Positions 10,342 through 19,464 of a stretch of DNA of 64,000 nt are shown in pieces; within the stretch, counting starts at the first letter, position 1; each line of letters opens with the position of its first letter. This stretch comes from Planctomycetota bacterium (GTDB lineage Bacteria > Planctomycetota > UBA8108 > SXIK01). The notes beneath the pieces are model-generated. The model was given only the letters and a program-made list of their open reading frames with translations. It was not told the DNA's origin and ran no database searches. The translations under genes were made by a program, and so were the position numbers. The DNA lies in contig CBDCXR010000004.1 of assembly GCA_965223845.1 (NCBI GenBank), positions 7,136,001 to 7,200,000 on the forward strand, given 5' to 3'.

Positions 10342-10867
10342 CGGCGGGGAGACTCGGCTCGGAGGCGGCCAGAGCGTCCGGAAGGACTCGGCCCGCATCG
10401 CGGCGTTCGGGACGGTCGACGAGCTCAACAGTCAGCTCGGCGTCGCCGTCGCGGTCGGACTCGTTCCCGTTCACGAAGCCGTCGTCCGTCGAGTGCAGCA
10501 CGAGCTCTTCCGCGCGGGCTCTCAGCTGTGCATGCTCGACGAGGACCGAAAGAAGTACTCGGTGCCCGAGATCGAGCAGCGGCACATCGACGGGCTCGAG
10601 AAGGACATCGACCGGCTCCTCGAGCCTCTTCCTCCGCTCGAGGAGTTCATCCTCCCGGGCGGAACGGCCGGAGCGGCGCAACTTCACGTCGCGCGGACGG
10701 TGTGCCGTCGCGCGGAGCGGCTCGTCGTCGCTCTCGCGCGCGAGGAGGAAGTCGGGAGCGCCGTCATCGCCTATCTCAATCGATTGTCGGACCTCCTTTT
10801 CGTCGTCGCGCGAGCGGAGAACGCGGAGAACGGTCGCGAGGATCCCCAGTGGGATCGTGAGGTGTGA
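10307..10867 (+). CDS. ATP:cob(I)alamin adenosyltransferase, PduO type
   Basis: KVYTRVGDGGET, GTVDELNS, FILPGG, LHVARTVCRRAER, YLNRLSD. GGAGG RBS before ATG 10307. Confidence 0.93.
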   Translation: MRITKVYTRVGDGGETRLGGGQSVRKDSARIAAFGTVDELNSQLGVAVAVGLVPVHEAVVRRVQHELFRAGSQLCMLDEDRKKYSVPEIEQRHIDGLEKDIDRLLEPLPPLEEFILPGGTAGAAQLHVARTVCRRAERLVVALAREEEVGSAVIAYLNRLSDLLFVVARAENAENGREDPQWDREV

Positions 10868-10948
10868 TAGCGGGGTCCGATCGCCGTAGTGCCGGTGATC
10901 GTTCGCGACCGGGAACTGCGCTTTTCAAGTGAACTGGGAACGATATCC

Positions 10949-12223
10949 ATGAGTGGTCGAAGCGGAAGACGAGCGGGACGCATCACGCTCGCGATCGGTC
11001 TCACCTTGATGCTTGCCGTCGTCTGTGTGTGGGTTCTCTACGGGCGCGACATTTCACCGCCCGACGAGAGCGACTTTCAGACCTCCGATGGACTCGTTGC
11101 GGACGCGACCAACGCATTCTTCGATCTCGATTTCGAGCCGGATGCGATCCGCGGAACCGAGCGCGACGAGGACATCGAGGACGACTGGGAGCTCTTCGAC
11201 TACGTCGAAGCGTACGACCTCCGGTTTCCACTCCGGCAGGCTGACGACGAGGACGCCGAACTCGGTGCCTTCGACCCGAGCGTGGAGTGGGACGCGGAAG
11301 TGGTCCGCGGCATCGTCGACGAGCGGGCGACGTATCTGGACACTCTCGAGCGAGCGCTCGAAAAGAAGGAGTTCGTCGTTCGCCTCGACGATCCGAGCGA
11401 TCAATACTCCCTCGTCGAGTGGCGCGATCTGGCTTTTCTGCTTCGACTCCGCATTCGGCTGCACCTCGTTCGGAACGACGTGAAGGCGGCAGCCGACGAC
11501 GCCCTCCTTCTCGCCCGGTTTGGACACCGAATCGCGTACTCCGGGCCCTATCTCTGGCTCCTCGTGGGGATCGGCATCGAGTCGCAGGGTTTCGAGGACA
11601 TCTGGCGCATCCTCGCGCTCGCCGACACTCCGAAAGAGCAATGCGAGGAGATCCGAGATCGCCTTCGATCGTTCGCCTTCGATCGCGAGCGGCTGCGAGA
11701 GATTTGGGCCAAGGAGTATCAGTGGGCGACGCTTCTCATCGAGAGCGAACTCGGCGACGCGTGGTTTTACCATCCCAATCGGACGCGGGCGCGACTCCTC
11801 CGGGCGTATCGGATTCAGCGCGATTGGATGCAGAGTCCCCACTGGACTCCGCCGAGTGGAGAGGGAACGATCGCGGAACTGCGGACAACGGGTGTCGCCA
11901 ACTGGCTCAACTGGGCGGGCGAGCAGGCGTGCGCACTTCTTCTCACTGAGCCGTCGCCCGGACTCTGGACCCGCGATTTCGATCTTCGCGCAACGCGGCT
12001 GGTCGCCGCGCTGCGCCTCTACGATCTCGAGCACGATGGGCTTCCCGAAACTCTCGACGCGCTCGTTCCGAAGTTCATCGAATCCGTGCCGCGCGATCCG
12101 TTCGCCGCTACCGGAGGCCTCCGCTACTCACGCGAGGAGCGGGAGATCTCCTCGGTCGGCGCAGACTTGGATCTCGACCACTTCCGGTCGAAGCCGTTCG
12201 TCCGCTCGCTTCCGGAGTGGTGA
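10949..12223 (+). CDS. Hypothetical membrane-anchored helical protein with GspG/pseudopilin-like C-terminus
   Basis: N-terminal TM helix; C-terminal AALRLYDLEHDGLPETLDALVPKF...PRDPF...LRY...SVGAD. Confidence 0.7.
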   Translation: MSGRSGRRAGRITLAIGLTLMLAVVCVWVLYGRDISPPDESDFQTSDGLVADATNAFFDLDFEPDAIRGTERDEDIEDDWELFDYVEAYDLRFPLRQADDEDAELGAFDPSVEWDAEVVRGIVDERATYLDTLERALEKKEFVVRLDDPSDQYSLVEWRDLAFLLRLRIRLHLVRNDVKAAADDALLLARFGHRIAYSGPYLWLLVGIGIESQGFEDIWRILALADTPKEQCEEIRDRLRSFAFDRERLREIWAKEYQWATLLIESELGDAWFYHPNRTRARLLRAYRIQRDWMQSPHWTPPSGEGTIAELRTTGVANWLNWAGEQACALLLTEPSPGLWTRDFDLRATRLVAALRLYDLEHDGLPETLDALVPKFIESVPRDPFAATGGLRYSREEREISSVGADLDLDHFRSKPFVRSLPEW

Positions 12224-12498
12224 GCGGCGCGCCTCGAGGCGTCCACCGGTGCCGGCGAAACGAGCCGCCCGCCAGCCATCCGTCCACCAAATAGACGGCC
12301 CACCGAATCGAAGATGGAACCGTCCGTTCGGCGTTTGTGGCGGCGCTCGCGATAAATTTCGAACCTGGATCCCTGCGCTCGCCGCCTCCCGGTACACCGG
12401 CACTCTACTTGCACCTCGCTTCGATGCGCTCACCTCCCCGGCGAGCGCAGGCGTTTCGTACCGACACGGTGACACGGCCCGACGGAAGCGAGCTCTCC

Positions 12499-12813
12499 TT
12501 GGAACCCACAAACCCCGATTCCGGCCACGCGTCTCGCTCGTCCGAGACCGAATCTGAGCAGCCACAGCCGCTCGATGCGTCCTCCGGCGACGATCATGCG
12601 GAAGAGTCGACGCTGGTGAGCGAATCCGAGACCACCGCACGCGAGTCCGACGTGATCTCGATTCCGACGGTCGTTGCCGCAGAAGCGGTCGCTGACGTCG
12701 ACGTCCCCGCGGCGCACTTCGTTCTCGATTACGACCGCGAGGTCGCCTTCCTGGAGAGCGAGGGGCGGTGGAGCTCCGACATGGTTCCGAAGGGATTTCG
12801 GCGACGTCGCTGA
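12499..12813 (+). CDS. Small acidic, probably disordered hypothetical protein (start uncertain: 12337, 12469 or 12499)
   Basis: About one fifth D/E plus many S/T; ordered-looking C-terminus HFVLDYDREVAFLESEGRW; same strand and directly upstream of the actin-like gene. Confidence 0.5.
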   Translation: MEPTNPDSGHASRSSETESEQPQPLDASSGDDHAEESTLVSESETTARESDVISIPTVVAAEAVADVDVPAAHFVLDYDREVAFLESEGRWSSDMVPKGFRRRR

Positions 12814-13026
12814 AGGCCGGCATCGAGTCAACGTCGGGGCAGCATCGGAGAGTCACACGTTCCCGCGCGGACCAAACGTCGACTCTCTTCGCTCCCGGAT
12901 TCCCCGCCGGGGATGGCGAGATCCGCGCAAACGTCGAATGAACGTCGAGTTTTCGGCCGGTCGCCCCGCTCGGGCATGGCCGAACTCGAGGCTTGAGTCC
13001 GAGGCGTGCACGACGAGGAGTAAGAA

Positions 13027-14094
13027 GTGAGCTTCGACGGACTGCCCGCCTTGGGCGGACGAGCCGCACGAGTCGGCCTCGATCTCGGCTCCGCCGCGAC
13101 GAAAGTCGTCCTCCCGCCTGGACCCGGAGAGACGGGACCTCCTCGGCCGCTCGTCGTGCCGTCTCGAATCGCCTACGCGCGGCCAGGAGCATTGCCGTGT
13201 CCGTTTTCCTGCGTGGGCACACGGGCGCTCGAGCGCCGGGATCACTTGGATCTCCGGCACCCGTTCGCGTGCGCGGACGACGAGGATCTCGGGTCGACTC
13301 TCCGCGACTTTGGTCGGCACCTGCGCGGGAGCTATCAGCGCCGAAAGGACGAGCTCCCATGGGGTGTCGTCGCTTGCCCCGCCAGCGCCACTCAAGCGGC
13401 ACGTGATCTGAGGCGCGTCGTCGGTGGCGAGATCTTCGATCGGATCGCGCTCGTCGACGACGTCTTCCTCGCCGCGGTCGCGATCGACTCGCGGGAAGTC
13501 TCGCAGCACAGCGTGCTCATCGACTTCGGCGACGAATCCGTGCGTGCGGCGATCTTTCACGGCTCGGCGCCGGAAGCGGGCGAGCGGGTGTCGGTCGCGT
13601 TCGACGGCGCGGCGTGGAACGACGCCTTTCGCGATCGCCTCCGGCTCCGCTATCCGGAGCTCCACTTCACGGATCCCACCCTGACGTCCCTCCGCGAGTC
13701 GCTCGCGTTTCTCTCGCCCGCCGCGCGGCGAACGTCGCTGGAGCTCCGCTATCAGGGCGGAGTGATGGCGGTCGACGTCACGCGGACGATCGCGGAGGCG
13801 AGTGCCGTTGCGCTGCGGCCGGTGCTTCGCGCGGCGCGAGACGCCCTGGCGCTCTGCCCGTCAGATGAAACCGAGGTTTTCCAAGAAAACATCGTTCTCT
13901 ACGGCGGCGGAGCGGCCTTGCCGGGGCTGCGCGCTCGGCTCGAGGAGGAGCTCCTCAACGAAGGTTACGATTTCGCGCGTGTCCGCACGGTCGGGAATCC
14001 ACGTACCCTCGTCGCTGAAGGTGCGTACCGCTGGGCATCGCGACTCGACGACGCCGACTGGAGCATCCCGCTCTTCTCGTTCGCGAGCGACTGA
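13027..14094 (+). CDS. Actin-like protein, MamK-like branch of the MreB/MamK family, with degenerate ATPase motifs
   Basis: Phosphate-1 GLDLGS, adenosine motif NIVLYGGGAALPGL, connect-2 VAEGA. Segments VGTRALERRDHLDLRHP, RYPEL, VDVT and GAYRWASRLDDADW parallel MamK as I recall it. GAGGAG RBS before GTG. Confidence 0.8.
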   Translation: MSFDGLPALGGRAARVGLDLGSAATKVVLPPGPGETGPPRPLVVPSRIAYARPGALPCPFSCVGTRALERRDHLDLRHPFACADDEDLGSTLRDFGRHLRGSYQRRKDELPWGVVACPASATQAARDLRRVVGGEIFDRIALVDDVFLAAVAIDSREVSQHSVLIDFGDESVRAAIFHGSAPEAGERVSVAFDGAAWNDAFRDRLRLRYPELHFTDPTLTSLRESLAFLSPAARRTSLELRYQGGVMAVDVTRTIAEASAVALRPVLRAARDALALCPSDETEVFQENIVLYGGGAALPGLRARLEEELLNEGYDFARVRTVGNPRTLVAEGAYRWASRLDDADWSIPLFSFASD

Positions 14095-14433
14095 TCCGCC
14101 TGCGGGTTCGAGCTTGAGGACGGCCTCGAGCGAACCTTCCCGCAGTTGGTCGCCAGCCCACCAGACCGGCCGATCGCATGCGAACGATTGCGTCTTCGAC
14201 GCCGGCCGAATCTCGGCGCCATCTGCAGCTTTCGTAACGGGATGCGCGGTTCTCGATGCGTTTGGCCCCGGCCGTGCTTTCGCTTCCCCCGGCGGCAGAG
14301 TACGCGTGGTGCGTGCGGTTCACCGTCGCGACGCGGACGCGATGCGCCGTCGAGCGAAGGGAGCGAGAGGCCGTGAGCTCGAAGCCGCGCCGTGGAGCGG
14401 TCGCGGCCGAGGAAGTGGACGGGAGACGCGGGA

Positions 14434-15429
14434 ATGACGACGGGCATGAAGGGGAAGACGGGGACGGCGGCGGTCGGAGCGCGAGGGAGACGGGCGGCCC
14501 CCGCTGTGCGGTTGGCGTTGGCGGTTTCGACGATGGTGATTTCGCTGTCGGCGGCGGGGATCGCTTCGCCGGCAGAGGCGGCCGGCGGAGGTCGAGTGGC
14601 CCCGTTCATCAACGTGGGACAGATCGCGGACCGGATTGAGCGCGAGGTCTCGCGGCTCGCCTCGCGAGCGCGGCGGTTGCTGCTCGGATTGTCCGACTAC
14701 CAGCGACGGCGGGCGTTCGACACCTGGACACCGACCGTGTCGGATCCGAACGGGTTTCCGCTGTTCCCGGAACGCTCGGTGGAGATCCGGACGACGCCGT
14801 GCTGGTACCTCGAGGATGCACCGATCTATCTGTCGAACTCGGACGAGGGCGAGGATCAGAGGCTGGGCGCCCGGGTGAGGCTCTCCTTGATCACGACCGG
14901 GGATCGATCGCAGAGCCACGGTGCGGGCAGCGGCGGCATTCTCCCCGCGGAGCTGCAGGTCGCGCTGGTCGAGGAATACAGCGTCGGCGGCACGTGGAAA
15001 ACCTACGACCGCCAGCCTCGACGGATCTCTCTCCGCGTGCGCGGCCGCGGTCGATCGAATCTCGAGATCGGTCACGGATCTGCGTCGGGCTACTTTCAGG
15101 CGCGGGCCGTGTTCTCATCGAACCTCCTGCCGAAACCTATAGTCGAAACGCTCGAGCGCTCGGCGGGAGCGTCCTCGAAAGAAGAGATCTTCAAGTTGGG
15201 CGGGGGGATCTTCGAAGTGCCGATCGAGCTCGGACGAGGAACGGGGAACTATCCCGACTCGTTTCACTTCGGGCCGAACCCGCTGCGCGGATGCGACTCG
15301 GCGTTCGATTTCGAGATGCGCACCAAGGTCGCGAGCAAGATCGTCGTCGATCGCAAGGGACGAGTGAACGGCAAGCTCTACACTCAGCTCGCGCTCGACG
15401 CCTATCTCTCGTGTGCGGTGTGTCGGTAG
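14434..15429 (+). CDS. Hypothetical secreted protein
   Basis: Basic N-region, hydrophobic core and PAEA cleavage site; beta-rich body; Cys residues near the C-terminus. Confidence 0.7.
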   Translation: MTTGMKGKTGTAAVGARGRRAAPAVRLALAVSTMVISLSAAGIASPAEAAGGGRVAPFINVGQIADRIEREVSRLASRARRLLLGLSDYQRRRAFDTWTPTVSDPNGFPLFPERSVEIRTTPCWYLEDAPIYLSNSDEGEDQRLGARVRLSLITTGDRSQSHGAGSGGILPAELQVALVEEYSVGGTWKTYDRQPRRISLRVRGRGRSNLEIGHGSASGYFQARAVFSSNLLPKPIVETLERSAGASSKEEIFKLGGGIFEVPIELGRGTGNYPDSFHFGPNPLRGCDSAFDFEMRTKVASKIVVDRKGRVNGKLYTQLALDAYLSCAVCR

Positions 15430-15445
15430 GAACGGGGGAGAGCGG

Positions 15446-17488
15446 ATGTCGAAACCGCGAAGAATCAGACGTTCTCTGCCGTGGTGGATCGCGACGATCT
15501 CGGGGGTCATCGTCGTTTGGTGGAGCCGCGGGCTCCACGAGGAGATTCACGATCACGAAACGTTCGACGATCGACCGAACGAGCTTGCTTCCCCTACCCC
15601 GGCTCGCTCCGCGCCTCGAGCGTTCGGCATCGCGGTGATCGACGACCGCGGACGGCCGGTGCCGACCGCCCGACTCGAGCTCGAAGGCAACGTCGTTCGG
15701 TCGGTAGATCAACGCGGTCGCGTCGAGCTCCTCGGCGGAATCCACCGAGGAGTCGCGCGTGCGCCGGGTCACGTGTCGACCGAGTTCGATGTCGCGCTCG
15801 GGCCGGATGAAGAAGAGGGCTGCGTCGTGCTCGCTCGCCTCGGGCGACTCCGGCTCCGCATCGCAAACGAGCACGACGAACCCGTCGCGGGGATTCGCGT
15901 GACGATCGTTCCTCCGCTTCTCAGTGGAGAGCCGTTCGGGTCGGAGTGGCGGCAGCAGCTCCCGCCCATGCTCGACGGAATGCCCGCGCCCACGCGGGTA
16001 CTTCTGCGACGAGTTCTCGCCGACGGCTCGGAGTGGCGCGGCGTGTCAGCTGACGATGGTTCGATCGAGCTCGGCGGATTCCATCCGGGGCCGGGGTATC
16101 GATACGGAATCTTGTCGGACGGAATCCCTTGCGACCTCGCGCCTCCGCATGAGGCTGAGCCGGTGACGAAGCTCCCGAGTGGTGACATCGTCTACCGCTC
16201 AGACGAGAGCCGGCCGGTCGGACTCTCGGGTGAGTTCGCCGTAGCGCCCGGGGAGGCGACCGAGCTCGACGTCCTCGTCTACGAGAAGACGGGAGTCGTC
16301 GGCCGGATCTACGTCCCCGGCGAGACTCTCGAGGACGTCCAGCTTCGACTCGTGAGCATCGAGCCGCACGATTCCGATGGAGATGGATTGAACGATTGGA
16401 CGCACAAGCGCGCCGAGATCATCGCGCGGGGCGAGGCGGATGGCTTCTTCTCGCTCATGGGACTGAGGGGAAACCTCGAGAAAGAGCTCATCGGGCACGC
16501 CTCCACACGAAACGGTGGTGTCGCGCACTATTGGCCCGTATCCCGGCGGTTTTTCTGTCCGCTCGGGCAGATCTACGAGCTCGGCGACGTCGTGCCGCTC
16601 CGGGATCCGGCGATTCGGGGCGTGATCGAGTTCGGTACGCCTGACGGAGAGCCGATCGACCCGACGAGAATCTTCGCCGAGCCGCCGCGCTTCGCTCGCG
16701 CTCGACTCAGTTTCCAGCCGCCCGGTCGGCGGGATGGATACACCGCGGGGTTCCCGATCGAGCTCGGAGTTCCCTTCGTTCTTCACGGCGCGGTCGGCGC
16801 GACGGATCTTCGGGTTGACGCCGAGAACAACTGGCCCGAGCCCCGTCTAGGCTATCGTCTCTCGCCACCGGAACCAGCGACGCTGAGACCGGAGAGCGGC
16901 GAGCTCGTGCGGATCCGGTTTCTCGCCGAGGAGACCCGGCGCGTCGAGTTGCGGTTCTCGTTCGCGCTCGGGGAGGTCTGTCCGTTTCGCTACTTTGTGC
17001 GGCACGAGTCCGGCGAGATGGTTCGGCGATGGATCCACTCCGTCGACTCGGAAACCTCGGCGATCTCGGAGTACCGCTGGCTCGCGGTCGGCGCCCACGA
17101 GATTTACGTCCACACGAACTCGCCGTTCCATCGCGGCGAGAGTCTCTTCGCGATGAAGCGTTTCGTTGTCCCATCGGCGAGCGAAGGCGACGCGACTCCG
17201 GTCGAAGTCGCGATCACGCCCGGGAACATCCTCGAGATCGAGGCGAGAGCGATCGACGGTAGTTCGCCGCTCCGCGAGATCGACGTCAGCCTCGCGCTCG
17301 TTCGACCGAACGCGCCCGACGAACCTCTTTGGCTCTTCAGCAGTCCGACGGATGCGTCCGGGGTGGCGACGTTTTACGGCATACCGCCGAACGCGCTTCT
17401 CTACACTCACCTCGATCCCGAGGTCCGCTTGAGCTCCGGGCCGCCCGGCAGCGTCATGACGTACGAAGTCTACGGAACGGAGTGGTAA
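15446..17488 (+). CDS. Hypothetical membrane-anchored protein with carboxypeptidase-regulatory-like (beta-sandwich) repeats
   Basis: N-terminal TM; recurring V-D-xGxP(V/I)-GA-V-like and TDxxG-xF motifs (VIDDRGRPV, NEHDEPVAGIRV, TDASGVATF). GGGGAG RBS. Confidence 0.7.
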   Translation: MSKPRRIRRSLPWWIATISGVIVVWWSRGLHEEIHDHETFDDRPNELASPTPARSAPRAFGIAVIDDRGRPVPTARLELEGNVVRSVDQRGRVELLGGIHRGVARAPGHVSTEFDVALGPDEEEGCVVLARLGRLRLRIANEHDEPVAGIRVTIVPPLLSGEPFGSEWRQQLPPMLDGMPAPTRVLLRRVLADGSEWRGVSADDGSIELGGFHPGPGYRYGILSDGIPCDLAPPHEAEPVTKLPSGDIVYRSDESRPVGLSGEFAVAPGEATELDVLVYEKTGVVGRIYVPGETLEDVQLRLVSIEPHDSDGDGLNDWTHKRAEIIARGEADGFFSLMGLRGNLEKELIGHASTRNGGVAHYWPVSRRFFCPLGQIYELGDVVPLRDPAIRGVIEFGTPDGEPIDPTRIFAEPPRFARARLSFQPPGRRDGYTAGFPIELGVPFVLHGAVGATDLRVDAENNWPEPRLGYRLSPPEPATLRPESGELVRIRFLAEETRRVELRFSFALGEVCPFRYFVRHESGEMVRRWIHSVDSETSAISEYRWLAVGAHEIYVHTNSPFHRGESLFAMKRFVVPSASEGDATPVEVAITPGNILEIEARAIDGSSPLREIDVSLALVRPNAPDEPLWLFSSPTDASGVATFYGIPPNALLYTHLDPEVRLSSGPPGSVMTYEVYGTEW

Positions 17489-17527
17489 GCGGTTCGAGCG
17501 CGCTGAGTTTGCGCGCTCGATACCACG

Positions 17528-18010
17528 TCAGACCTGGGGATCCGCTTCGGTCGGCTGCGTCTCCGGGCTCGTCTGCATGCGGTACTCGGCGACCTTCCAC
17601 CCGGACGGACCGAGGTTGAAGCGCTCGCCCTGGAGAACGATCGAGAGCCGATCCTCGGCTCCGTCCATCGCCATCCCGTTTTGCTTCATGCGAGAGATGC
17701 ATTTCGCTCGGAGGGGAATCTCAGCCATCGGACCCTCGGTCTCGAGGATGCTCGCGACGATGGACTCGAGATCGGCCATCCACTTGGGGTCGCTCGGCTC
17801 CGACTTGCGTCCCGAACGCTTCGACTTCACGGCGGCCGACATCTCGGGAGTGAATCGCCTTCCGTGAAGACCGGCGAGGCCCGCTTGGACGCGATCGAGC
17901 TCGCGCGTCAGCTCTTTCTGGCGTTGACGAACTTCGGCGAGCTCCTTGCGGAGTCGATCCTTCTGCGCCTTCAAGTCGCCGATGATGTCGGTGATCGAAT
18001 TCTCTTCCAC
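17528..18010 (-). CDS. Hypothetical protein: N-terminal coiled coil, basic linker, putative winged-helix-like C-domain
   Basis: Heptad pattern IIGDLKAQKDRLRKELAEVRQRQKELTRELDRVQAGL; KSKRSGRK linker; ILETEGPM...F...GW ending. AGGAG RBS before GTG. Confidence 0.7.
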   Translation of the reverse strand: MEENSITDIIGDLKAQKDRLRKELAEVRQRQKELTRELDRVQAGLAGLHGRRFTPEMSAAVKSKRSGRKSEPSDPKWMADLESIVASILETEGPMAEIPLRAKCISRMKQNGMAMDGAEDRLSIVLQGERFNLGPSGWKVAEYRMQTSPETQPTEADPQV

Positions 18011-18484
18011 GATGCTGCTCCTAATCTATTGGGTGGCGACGCGTTCGACTAGCCGGCTGATCGAGCGACGCGCTCGCTCAGTCGCTAGGTTCCTTCTGAG
18101 GCGGTTTTCGGGAAGCCGTCTCGCCGGCGCGGGGAAGCCGTGCCGAGTTCACCCGGGCGAGCTCTCCGCGGGATCGTGTTCGTCCCCGACAGGCGTTTCT
18201 GCCGAGAAGCGTTTGGGCGGGGAATCGGATCCGGGGCGAGCTGGGAGGCGACGCACGTACGCCTTCACAGGACGTGGATGTCCGGGCGCAGTGCGGGCGA
18301 CGGCGGCCGCTGTTCGATTCGTCGTCAAGTGGCGCCGCGTATCTTGACGCGGCGATCGTTTATCGCCCCGAACGCCTCTGGGCGAGGCTTTCACCGGCCG
18401 GAAATCGCGCACTCAGGTCTGAAAACCGGCCGGCGATCCCCGTGCTGCCCGCCCGCTGCGCCGCTAGAGGCCGCTCGACGGAGG

Positions 18485-19279
18485 TCAGTAGCGGTGCGTC
18501 TCCGTCTTCTCCTTCATCCCGAGCTCTTCGACGGCGTGCATCGCCCCCTGGGTGAGGAACATGAGGTCGCTTCCGAGCGCGATGAACCTCCAGCCCTCCC
18601 GCCTTCTGCGGAGGGCCGAGTCGACGCTGCCCGTGTGGAGTCCGGGCGCGATCCCGTGGCGATCGGCCGCCTCGCGGAGGATGCGGAGGGCGTCGACGAA
18701 CTCGGGGTCGTCCGTCTCCATCGCCGGTGTCTTTCCCATCGACTGGAGAAGGTCGTTCGGTCCGATGAAGATGGCGTCGAGGCCTTCGACCGCGCAGATC
18801 TCGTCGGCGTTCTCGACCGCGCGAATGTGCTCGGTCTGAACTGCTACGAAGATCTCGCGGTTCGCGCGGGCGTAGTACTCGGACGGATTCGTGCCGAACG
18901 CGAGCGCGTGTAGGTTTCCGCCGACGCTGCGGTCGCCTTCGGGGTGATACCGCGTCGCGGCAACCGCTCGGCAGGCTTCTTCCGCCGTATTGACCATGGG
19001 TACGACGATTCCGTAGGCCCCGTTGTCGAGAACTCGCTTGATGTTCTCATGACTGTTCGACGGTACGCGCGCGAGGGGGACGCAGCCGGCGTCTGCAATC
19101 TGCGCGAACATGTGCGCCGCCGTCTCCCAATTGACGGGACTGTGCTCGATGTCGACCGTCAACCACGGAAAGCCCGTGCGCGCCATGAAGCGCGTCGAGA
19201 GAGCGCTCGAAAGCGAGAGCCAAGTGCCGATCTGCGATTCGCCGCGCCGGAGCGCCGCCTTGAGTGCGTTCTTCTTCAT
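18485..19279 (-). CDS. HpcH/HpaI (GarL/RhmA-like) aldolase
   Basis: WLTVDIEH, PLARVP, LDNGAYGIVVPMV, YHPEGDRS, VQTE, FIGPNDL. Confidence 0.93.
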   Translation of the reverse strand: MKKNALKAALRRGESQIGTWLSLSSALSTRFMARTGFPWLTVDIEHSPVNWETAAHMFAQIADAGCVPLARVPSNSHENIKRVLDNGAYGIVVPMVNTAEEACRAVAATRYHPEGDRSVGGNLHALAFGTNPSEYYARANREIFVAVQTEHIRAVENADEICAVEGLDAIFIGPNDLLQSMGKTPAMETDDPEFVDALRILREAADRHGIAPGLHTGSVDSALRRRREGWRFIALGSDLMFLTQGAMHAVEELGMKEKTETHRY

Positions 19280-19464
19280 GCGCTCGGTAATCTCCGCCGT
19301 ACTGCGCCGAGGGCTCGACGTCGACCTCGTCGCCACGATCATGCCCGCTTCGTCTCCATGGTAGAGAAGCCGGAGTCCGGGTACAACCGACGGACCCTTT
19401 CCGCGGGCGCAGATCCGTTGGTGCCCGTCGCCTCACTCACCGAATCCGCCGAGAAGCCCGGACC

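Noticed and set aside
12337-17488. Magnetosome gene cluster
   Set aside because: Only the MamK-like gene is present; no MamA/B/M/E/O/P/Q-like proteins or magnetochrome CxxCH motifs nearby.
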